From a virus, in the UHGV virus genome UHGV-0039337: 64,000 bases of DNA; one strand, given 5' to 3'. Numbering within the stretch: the first letter of the stretch is position 1; every line of letters begins with the position of its first letter. The notes beneath the pieces are model-generated. The model was not told where the DNA came from and ran no database searches. It was given only the letters and a program-made list of their open reading frames with translations. The translations under genes and the position numbers were made by a program. Below are positions 38,101 through 45,800 of this stretch, piece after piece.

Positions 38101-40561
38101 ACGTGGATCTCTTGCTCGTGGTGGCCAAACACCTAGAAATCTATTAGCTAAATTAAGTACGGCTCAATATGGAGGAGCTTTTAAAACTGCAGTTAGAGAA
38201 TATACAAAAGGTAGATTCTTTTATGATAATCCTTTTGGTATATATCATTTTGGAGATAAAAGATTTAAAGATATTTTTGAAGATAGTGAAATTGTACAAA
38301 ACATGTATGAAGTGTCTAACAAAACTATACTTAATGGTGTTAATGATCTATTAGATGATATGAGTACAGTTAATGTATCTCCAACTATTAACTGTAACAT
38401 ACAAGATAAGACATTATGGGATATAGGACATTTATGTGCTAACAGTGGCGATGATTATTATTTTGCAGTACGTGATTTTGGTATGAGAAGTACTATGTGT
38501 TTATGTAAAGCTAATCATTATTATGCTTATGAATATCAAGAAGTAGAAGCTAACGATACTATAGTAGAAAAACGTAAACCTTTTCAACAATTCCATTATT
38601 ATGACTCATACAATGATATTATTTATAATAGTTTAAAAGCTATTGAAACTAATATGAAAACTAATGCTGTTGGTACTTGGGAAGGTACAGATTGGTTATG
38701 GGGTACTGCTCAACAATCAGTTGGTCCTATATATCTTGATATGAATATATACCCTGAATATCAAAAATCTATGATGGTAGATACAGGGTTAATATCAGGT
38801 GGAGATGGTGGTATAGATATACCAGTATTAAATGCTCTATCAGAAAAATTTAATTATGATGAATATCAAGGTAGAGTTAATAAATCGTTAGCTGAAAAAG
38901 TAACTACTAATGTATTAAGACAATCTGTAAAAGATATGTATGATGGAGAAATATGTATATTGGGTGATTCTTCACTTAAACCATATGACAGAGTATCGTT
39001 GGTAGATTTGTATGAAGATGTTAGCGGAGACGTAGAAGTAGAAACAGTTATATATTCAATGAATATAGAAACAGGATTTACAACTACATTTATACCAGAT
39101 GTAATAGTAAGATCAAATCATACCAGTCAAGAGTTTGGAGTACAAACAACTTTAGGAAGTATGTTATTATGCTTGGGAGGAACTCTTGGACTTAAGTATG
39201 CTACAATGGCAAGTGCTGAAAAAGGAATGGCTGGATTATTTAAAATAGGATCTAAGAGTATAGTTAAAGAATTAGCTGGAAAAATAGTTACAGAATCTAC
39301 AACTAAAACTGCAATAAGCGCATTTCTTGAAGGTTTTAAAGATGCAGGAATAGGAAGCGTCCTTACCAATCCTGTAGCAATAGCTTCTACTGTGATAGCA
39401 GGAGCTAGTGTGTTTATGTTAACTCAAAACGTTATGGAAAGTTTTTATCGTTGGTGTCGTAATATACAAGCATTAACAGTTTTTCCTATTAGTAAAAATG
39501 GTAGATTATTAATAGCAGGTATGGCCGGACATAGAGGAACAGTATATGGATATAAATACGGAAAGGGAGCTATTGATAATTCTATTCAAGGTGTAGTAAT
39601 GAACTTTTTAGAGGGGACTACAGATACTGGAACTTCTGCTGATCCATTAATAAACGTTATAGGTCATGTGTTTAAGTTTATATTATGCGACGATAATTAT
39701 ACTAAAATAAGAAACAAATGGATTACTAGCTTAGGTCTTACTAATAGTGATGATATAGTTAATAAAGATGGTGCAAGTAAAAGCGTAAATCAAGAGGCAT
39801 TTTATCAATATATGAATAACTCAATATCAAAAGAATATACTTCTCGAGCAACTTATTTAGCGGCTATGAAAACTAAACCTAGAATTACAAGCTTTAGTAC
39901 TTCTACTAATGTAAACGGTAAATCAAAAGTGAGAACTAGTGAAATATATCTTAAATATCAAATAGGCGGAGTAAATGATTTATCTAATCCTGATAAAGAT
40001 CCTACCAGAGAAGCAGTAACAGTTAAACAATTAGCTACTAATGAAAGAGTAAAATCATTACTTCCTGTAGAAGATGATCCTGATATTAAATTAGCTATAG
40101 TTGGTTCTCACCCTGTAATTAAAAAGTTTAACTTTGCACATTCATCTTCTTATCTTACTTTTAATTTAAAAATGGAAAATGAGAATACTATTATTCGTTA
40201 TATGGCAGAAGGTACTGACCCTACAATATTCGATTTGCCTATGGTACAAGAAGATGCTTTACTGTTAATTAAACTTATAATAAATGCAGATAATCTTAAA
40301 GGTAAAACAGTTACTTTTATGAGTGGTACAAGAGTTAACAGCACTTCTTCATGGAAGAGCACAGGTTTCTGGTTTTCTTTATCTTGTGATGATATGACAG
40401 CTTTAGAAGCTGCTAGTGAAGAACTTAAAAAAGAATCTAGTTGGACAAAATCTAAATCTACATTTGCCTATAAACGTTCTCAAAATTCTATACAATATAC
40501 TGTTTATGCACCTATAGAAACAGTAGATAAAACTATTTATGAATCTGCAGGAGATGATTAA
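32141..40561 (+). CDS. Giant baseplate-hub-like protein, 2806 aa. Contains an EndA/DNA-entry-type non-specific nuclease domain (aa ~740-905), a gpD/XkdQ-like hub domain (aa ~1900-2320) and C-terminal hydrophobic segments.
   Basis: Probable TTG start (RBS ggatggtgag, 6 nt spacing; the upstream ATG 32137 is out of frame). Nuclease match LDELGRCGTAFAILNKSMMPKSSEKREDISSVTPSGWKN...YNRCHLIGWQLTGQNANKKNLITGTRLLNVG...MVYYENLVAKYLKNNPKNHVAYRVTPKYNGSNLVASGVQMEGYSIEDNGKGVCFNVYIRNIQPGISIDY. Hub-like match ICILGDSSLKPYDRVSLVDLYEDVSGDVEVETVIYSMNIETGFTTTF. Confidence 0.55.
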   Translation: MTNINYDEIVKKYQQMVKSRKESGDIDINDYLPNINEMIKEDCVWDVVKSIQKDLGDKKSSKEDAAYYIEKPPITKPGYYEDKQCFVLKARKFKASKGDWDLGNITGDTWAFNIDDLSAGGSFTVNNKTYNSFKNYAIDNQKINCANLQVRSASITASKICHYTACALPNDKGIKTVQEKYATAVLKRYNVLPHKINKNKSKDPDKWTITNYKDDDVINFLNYNGTYCQIIKDLNAKDYLQDETKKSNYSYFVIAASNDWGSETLRDGYKAQYRVRKLIENKNIKDIIIILDRNAAIGKKIEKTSLYYNSFFFNPSLVGQLINDVFSRDIMDFSLASADILPFGCDRYGEMLGNVYVKLKADTGDTWINLSKYVLSGSDFTEPANKFYDDSLDEIYGGTTDAFRQWNTVGNNYKYVDSLTESGKKSYKDRIKLHKSLTGIDFSVARDHTVLLGDTLFMIPPEAIHTSSSLDYEKLPILRGKGSMMKNRGNVEEVIELELYFNGEYGINGIPYEVKTPSGQKLTYFMNGLRSLIAQFRVAPFLPIENHYINDILNIEAVSLVNMNVSTLDGFPRLLKVVLTLRDFNYRVFMPDLPLPEYDIESTEISQTQPIFAQHFNWELFRYYYQRGLINGDLLEQYNYNSYKYSDFLYSNKNVYKSADLTDSNFELYIPDTSWLKYALQVKKTRDQYGQIDTSDLDKDTTNKKDEKKSISDFTVILGDKPYFSKGELKANNKEQYSDLDELGRCGTAFAILNKSMMPKSSEKREDISSVTPSGWKNKTYSSLKDDSNTSGSLYNRCHLIGWQLTGQNANKKNLITGTRLLNVGINGDNTPEYGGMVYYENLVAKYLKNNPKNHVAYRVTPKYNGSNLVASGVQMEGYSIEDNGKGVCFNVYIRNIQPGISIDYATGNSKQSTQEQKEVLYNYYDYKNPRNMKFVPYLQSKTGKSIPIELDAISFNMSNYFTETYLKAVDGYAPQYMGGSDVNIQLNMTLTDEYLVSALKNLPHVILEMVKIYRRVMPCFPLKIKNEYLQMIGVNEVVFDNISVSTKPGHPGTYEVTVKLTSMDRSMRQREALKKADSKGNMTTSDITNTIGSYFNLQDSLAAAELYPDLDLPTIEELNKLGWKFAKWANEKRVYVDPDFYMCYSFQYASKLVKEVVNNVLYRISYNAGNDSIKAAANGEKENASKQNKSKEINSLQVIDDKGIGLNVSSGIECDGINMDKKLGFANLYEKTMIDIQNKANSDDTKKKKVKSNLPTKEQRESTIKAIEFLTASGIENGWQICPGWYAPLCDDYVNNCIENYEKSGIEKKKDGGSSEYDKFAEEIYDIRHRAIMLINRILDKPLISGSDKSDDPLVCVHDAVYNLLANNDGSRLINLLCPMQDVANNRVETPNTSYVGSDNILKLESKFFEKANPLKWIQGLLYSLACSRSGAETYSESKKDCNWQPVQFRTTKDSKKMPNNKIKQGRGISGDGMLAESEESWKKDGISFGAGQISVYNKSEIRTMLQPESKIKYFDYNYKTGASEYYNNMYYKTKKAKRKRFCETGFIDQYYNYVGYNSKEGQQFIEHISNSQTANYEALLREVLMYLKYLIMEGLIFNEVDIIAGDWTNVLDDIVKYAGALQDNSNPHVNYFASQGNIHNSIVDASSPDDEGDGDDTDDKKENDELARIANHLKKEIPDSYSKLFCSRLVYPFAIASCNNQKDILNLIKDRDYDTLSVYTLSANVGGSNNDKFDNFLSAMYGIGMIGSCNTMDSAETTSNTQKAFNTLMAEAFTAMSDDPRCYALHSYYDMCVTDKRGRLLRAFPCYYMLFVDEGRTIGSWKLFDNFYNMSSISNLQVVKSRKIPADTCTFTMSNMFMSYADTYDNTIYQQYADVYGFGDVFASIFSPHAYVSKEDMIRQRRQLTDTTAIAPGVRIHVRMGYGSDGSRLPIVFNGKVAEVNCGETVDIVAQGDGHELNNPLNALGELTAINLDESQGWFTLFKDIRGSLARGGQTPRNLLAKLSTAQYGGAFKTAVREYTKGRFFYDNPFGIYHFGDKRFKDIFEDSEIVQNMYEVSNKTILNGVNDLLDDMSTVNVSPTINCNIQDKTLWDIGHLCANSGDDYYFAVRDFGMRSTMCLCKANHYYAYEYQEVEANDTIVEKRKPFQQFHYYDSYNDIIYNSLKAIETNMKTNAVGTWEGTDWLWGTAQQSVGPIYLDMNIYPEYQKSMMVDTGLISGGDGGIDIPVLNALSEKFNYDEYQGRVNKSLAEKVTTNVLRQSVKDMYDGEICILGDSSLKPYDRVSLVDLYEDVSGDVEVETVIYSMNIETGFTTTFIPDVIVRSNHTSQEFGVQTTLGSMLLCLGGTLGLKYATMASAEKGMAGLFKIGSKSIVKELAGKIVTESTTKTAISAFLEGFKDAGIGSVLTNPVAIASTVIAGASVFMLTQNVMESFYRWCRNIQALTVFPISKNGRLLIAGMAGHRGTVYGYKYGKGAIDNSIQGVVMNFLEGTTDTGTSADPLINVIGHVFKFILCDDNYTKIRNKWITSLGLTNSDDIVNKDGASKSVNQEAFYQYMNNSISKEYTSRATYLAAMKTKPRITSFSTSTNVNGKSKVRTSEIYLKYQIGGVNDLSNPDKDPTREAVTVKQLATNERVKSLLPVEDDPDIKLAIVGSHPVIKKFNFAHSSSYLTFNLKMENENTIIRYMAEGTDPTIFDLPMVQEDALLLIKLIINADNLKGKTVTFMSGTRVNSTSSWKSTGFWFSLSCDDMTALEAASEELKKESSWTKSKSTFAYKRSQNSIQYTVYAPIETVDKTIYESAGDD

Positions 40562-40564
40562 TCA

Positions 40565-40921
40565 ATGGGTAATTTAAGTGACGCTATTAAAGGTAAAGTA
40601 ATAGCAGGGAATAATAAATATGTAAATCAACAAGAAAAAAGAGCGACAGTAATAGCAACAAATAAAACAAGTAACCGATGTGTTATTTCTACTATTAATA
40701 GAGACGGTATAGTACAGGTATATTACAACGTACCTGTATTATATACCGCAACTGATAAAACTAATGTATCATGGTTTCCTGAAAACGGTGAAGAGGTTAT
40801 GGTATCAGAAAAAAATAAAGGATATGTTATAACTGGACCTTTTTCTACTAGACCTCATGTATCAACTGAATTTGATTTTTATTCAATGGGAACAGATGAT
40901 GCTGATGGAAATTTACAATAG
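40565..40921 (+). CDS. Small baseplate-region protein, 118 aa (XkdR-like position).
   Basis: Position after the hub domain. Translationally coupled. Confidence 0.35.
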   Translation: MGNLSDAIKGKVIAGNNKYVNQQEKRATVIATNKTSNRCVISTINRDGIVQVYYNVPVLYTATDKTNVSWFPENGEEVMVSEKNKGYVITGPFSTRPHVSTEFDFYSMGTDDADGNLQ

Positions 40922-40932
40922 GTGGTGATTAA

Positions 40933-41475
40933 ATGGCAAGTAAAGAAACTTATATATCAGCTTCTGATTTATGGGAGTTAGTAAATAATAATACTATTCA
41001 AGCAGCTGCAGGTGTAGACAAAGGAATTATAGGAAGAAACGGAGCTTCTGACATTATTAAAGGTAGTAACGTTAAAGTAACATCTACTAGTATGTATGCA
41101 CAAAGAATAACCAATGGTGATGTAGGAAATATAATAGATGAATCTTTACAACATAATATCAAAACTGTTCGTGCCAATGTTTCATGTAGTGATTTAATAG
41201 TTAATAATCATAAGATGAATTCTTATTTATATGAAATAACGAACATGAAAAAACTAAAAGGAACAGCTATAGGAAATTTTACTGTATCTGGTACAGTATT
41301 AGTTAAGACATATGATCCTAATCTTGAAAAGTGGGTATTAATACGTAGACAGGTAAGAGTGCCTATGTTTAGTAATTTATTAGATCCTTATAATATAGAT
41401 GAAAGATTAGATATACCTGATGCAAGCGAAACTATTTATAAATATAAAATAAACAAAGATGACGGTAATAAATAA
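40933..41475 (+). CDS. Hypothetical baseplate-region protein, 180 aa.
   Basis: RBS ggtggtga. Position only. Confidence 0.35.
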   Translation: MASKETYISASDLWELVNNNTIQAAAGVDKGIIGRNGASDIIKGSNVKVTSTSMYAQRITNGDVGNIIDESLQHNIKTVRANVSCSDLIVNNHKMNSYLYEITNMKKLKGTAIGNFTVSGTVLVKTYDPNLEKWVLIRRQVRVPMFSNLLDPYNIDERLDIPDASETIYKYKINKDDGNK

Positions 41476-42008
41476 TGTATTATGATTTTCAATTAAATGA
41501 AAAAGGAGATATTTTATTTAAACAGTCTAATTGTGAAAACCCATCTTTTCAATTTGATTTTTATGTTGCAAAATCAAAAGGTCTTATATTTGATTTCTAT
41601 GTAGATAATAATGAAAACAAACAAGAATACTTAGATAATTTATATCCTCAGTTTGTTTTTGAATTTTACATAGATTCTCCTAAAAACGATAAGAAAATAA
41701 TGTGTATAGATACGAAAGAAGATTATATATATCAGCAAATAAAATTAAGACTAAGTTCTGCATTAGGAACTATAAAAAATAATGAAAACATAGGTAGTAA
41801 TTTAGATATTTACAAACATATGTTATTAAATCCAGATAAAAAGAAAAATTATACTGAACTTATTGATTGTGTTAGAGAAGCTATAAAAGATATTTTACCT
41901 AACGCTAAAATAGAAATATATAATAAACCTAGTATATATACTGATTTTACTAATAGTATAATAATATCTATAATTCAAGATGATTATAACTATTACTATT
42001 ATCTATAA
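41475..42008 (+). CDS. Baseplate wedge protein, gp25/GpW/XkdS-like, 177 aa.
   Basis: N-terminal YDFQLNEKGDILF plus a YQQIKLRLSSALGT...ELIDCVREAIKDILPNAKIEI pattern typical of the gp25-like family. Overlaps the upstream stop. Confidence 0.5.
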   Translation: MYYDFQLNEKGDILFKQSNCENPSFQFDFYVAKSKGLIFDFYVDNNENKQEYLDNLYPQFVFEFYIDSPKNDKKIMCIDTKEDYIYQQIKLRLSSALGTIKNNENIGSNLDIYKHMLLNPDKKKNYTELIDCVREAIKDILPNAKIEIYNKPSIYTDFTNSIIISIIQDDYNYYYYL

Positions 42009-42010
42009 AG

Positions 42011-42823
42011 GTGGTGATCATTATAAAAACGTTTAATGAAATATATGAAAGCTTAAAAAATAAGTTTTATAAAAAAACTGATTTAGATATACAAAAAGGT
42101 AGTGTTATTGATATGTTTATGTCTAGTATTGCAAATGAAATAGAAGAAGCTCATCAAGTTATAGAAGATAATAAAAAACCATATCTATTTACTACTCAAT
42201 CTGGAAATGAATTAGATAGTACGGGATTTTTCGTTTCGTGTCCTAGATACGATAATGAAAGTGATAGCAATTATTTTTCACGTATGATTGAATGGAATGC
42301 TAACAATGCAATGTGCAATTCTACTTCTATAAATAACGCATGTAAGAATCTTAAGTATTCTAAAGCCGCTAATTACGTGGCTTATACTAAAGGTGTAGGA
42401 ACTGCTACTATATATTTAATACCATTAACTTATAGTGAAAAAGATAAAGAGCTATGTTTAAAAGAGGCTCAACAACAGGTTAGTAAAGTAATTAATCCAT
42501 CTTCAAGGGTAGAATTTAAAATACCAGAGCCTCGATATATTAAGCTTGTAGCTTATATTGATATAATAGAAAATGCAGATACTGCTGTTGTAAAATCTAA
42601 TATAGTTAAAAATATTAAAGAATATATAAATGGAATAGCTCCTGGTGATAAAATGTATCTGGGGCAAATAAACAGAATAGGATTAAACTTTAAAGAAGTT
42701 GAATATTTTAACATTGTTCAAGTTTATATAAACGATAAAGAATCTACAGACTTTGAAATATTACAAACTGTAGAAGCTAAGTTTATATTTGACGAATTTA
42801 TATGGTGGAACGTGGAGGGATAG
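42011..42823 (+). CDS. Baseplate J-like protein (XkdT/gp6-like), ~270 aa.
   Basis: N-terminal TFNEIYESLKNKFYKKTDLDIQKGSVIDMFMSSIANEIEEAHQVIED matches the baseplate-J family. No ATG is available; the start must be the GTG (42011) inside the RBS aaaggtggtga, or ATT/ATA at 42020-42025. Confidence 0.5.
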   Translation: MVIIIKTFNEIYESLKNKFYKKTDLDIQKGSVIDMFMSSIANEIEEAHQVIEDNKKPYLFTTQSGNELDSTGFFVSCPRYDNESDSNYFSRMIEWNANNAMCNSTSINNACKNLKYSKAANYVAYTKGVGTATIYLIPLTYSEKDKELCLKEAQQQVSKVINPSSRVEFKIPEPRYIKLVAYIDIIENADTAVVKSNIVKNIKEYINGIAPGDKMYLGQINRIGLNFKEVEYFNIVQVYINDKESTDFEILQTVEAKFIFDEFIWWNVEG

Positions 42824-42824
42824 A

Positions 42825-45800
42825 ATGTTTGATTATAATAAAATGATTCAGCGTGCTGTTCAATTTTTTCCTACATGGTCTGATATTAGAAAGAGACATA
42901 AAACATCAACTGGTGGAAAATTAATAGGCTCTACTTTAGAAGAAATATGTGAATTGGAAGATGCTATTAAAGAATATACTAAATATTACTTCCTTGATAC
43001 ATATGAAGGTCATGAAGATGAAATTGTGGCCTTTTCTTATAAATTTGCTATAGGTATTATAGATGATTTAACTACAGTCAATGTAAAATATAAAAAAGAA
43101 AATATAATCATAACTGAAGATATTGATAAACTATTAGCTCATAATTTAATAGCTTATTACGAAGGTGGAAATATCTATATAAATGATAGTATAAATCCAT
43201 CTGATATAAGTATATTTATTAACAAAGATAAAATAGATGCAACTTATGATTTAGTAAGTGTTTGGAATATATTTGATGAATTTGCATGTTTCGTTGATGT
43301 TCAAAGACATCCCGGAGAAACTAATAGCCAGTTAGTTAAAAGAATATTATATAGAACTAGATATAAACCTAATGCATCTATTGAAGGATTACAAAATGCT
43401 ATAATGACTGAACTATTAACAGAGTTTCCTGATATAAACAGAGATGAAATACAAATAGAGCAAGTTAATGATAAGAATTTAAGACAGGCTTATAAAGATT
43501 TTGATACTTTACTTGACTTTTTAAATTCTATAAACTGTGATGTGTATAGATGGAAACGTTGGGATCTTAATGAATGGAAACATAATTTTAAAAGTATAAG
43601 TTATATTCCTACATTATGGAATGAATCTATAACTAATTTTAAAAATGGTATAGGTTATAATGATGACTGCAAAGTATCCATTGCTAGTAATATTCAAAAA
43701 ACAGATGCAACTATTACATTGTATAATAAATCAAAAGAAACAATGAATAAATATTTAGCAGATAAAAAACTAGAGAAAGATATTACGTTTCAATTTAAAA
43801 AATATAATGATATATTAAACTTCAATACTGTTAATTATACAATTCAGGCAGCAAAATTATCTAGGCTATATCCTGAAAAAATCAAGATGAATATGTATCA
43901 AAAAATTAATACGGTTTCAGAAGTTTCTGTGGGTTCAATATTTAAATTCGGTCATGGTATTACACCTAATAGATCAAATTGTATAATAGAAGATGCTTAT
44001 CCTTATAGATTTAAATTTGAACCAAAAAACAACAATAAAGATATAGAAATTAGTGAATGTACGGTTACATACGTTAATACTACTACTAATGAACCAGTAG
44101 AAGTCGTTAATCTATTAAAGAACAAAACAGGGTTTAAAATTAATGCATTCGGTTCATTAGTATCTAACTCTATAAGAAAAAGTATAACTAAAGTAGAAGA
44201 TTTTGATAGTAAGAATTATAATAACTTTAAGAATTTAGATAATAACAAAGGTATACAAATGACAGGTACAGTTGGTACTGGTGTAAAAACATTATATAAT
44301 TTAGGTGGACAAAAAGTATCTTACAATGCATCATGTGAGCCTTCTTTAATTACTAAAGAAATGGATTTAATTGAGCTAGATAGTGTATATGGAGTTTGGG
44401 ATAAAAATAATATAAACTTTTATCCCAATGACTTAAATAAAAAAGCAATAATAAAACTTAAAGCTAACCAATTTTCATTTGATGTTTTGTCTAATAATAC
44501 GGTAGACGTTATGGTCAGATATAACACTAAAGGTAATTACGATATAATAGAAAAAGCTGCATCTGGTACTACTTGGAAAACTAAAGAATTTGATATACCA
44601 CAATATATGGAAATAGTTATATCAAGCAAAGCAAAAGAAAATATTAAGATTGGTAACTTCAAATATTCTAATTACACTGTTAAATTTCAATATAAAACTG
44701 CTAATGACAGTACATATCGTGATTTATATAATAACATATTGCCTATTAATAACAATATAAGTTTTAAAGTTATTGTTTCAAGTTCTAGTGGAAGCAATCC
44801 TATTATTCATGGTATATACATAGGTTCTAATTTAAAAAATACAACATATGTTACAGATAGTTTTCCTCCAAAGAATAATACTTATCGTGAAATAGAAATA
44901 ACTACTAATGCTAAAGTTACTTTAGTTAAAAGAGATATCTTTGATTCTAAGGATGCATTATATACCGAAAACTATGATCCTATAGTATCTTATATAGCAA
45001 AAGATAATGATGCTTATATTCGTCTAGATCTTAGTGAATATTCTAACATAAACAATATTAACACTACTATTGGTCAAATACAAAAAACTGAAGAAAGTGG
45101 AGCAAGTTATTATAACTTACTATTAACTAAAGGACAAGAGATTAAACGTATAACTATAGATGGTATTAAAGATAAGGCTACTTATGAAGTTTCACTTCTT
45201 GATATTGTTAACAAAGAATTAAAAGAACCGTTCAATGTTACTAAAGACACGTTGTATTGTAGTTTGTTAACTAAAGGAGTAATAGTTGTAAAGAATAGTG
45301 ACGATGGGCAAGTACAATTACTTTCTCTTAATAGTTCATTGTTCTACGGTACTGAAGGAGTTAGATATGAGTTTGTTAATATACCAGATAACATAGGTGT
45401 AGTATGGGGCGTGGGAGATGGTTTGTATAGTGATAGTGTTACAGGATCTTTTGATTATGTTTCGTTTTACGAAGAAGGGTCCGTAATACATACTGCACAT
45501 AATTCATATAACTTATTTATTAATGAAATGAAAAACGTTTCTGTAGCTGAAAACTTTACATATCCAGATTTATATAATAATAAATTATTATACTTCTACA
45601 CAGTAACTACTAATACTGATAATACCGGTGTAAGATTTTATAACTATTTAGACGAAGGCAAAACATTTGATGATTTAGTAGATTGGAGCATCGGACTTAA
45701 AAATTTATATATAAAAAATACTAATGACTACAATAATGAATCTATATATAGCATAAGTGTATTAGATTATACTGATAAATGCGTACTTAATGAATATATA

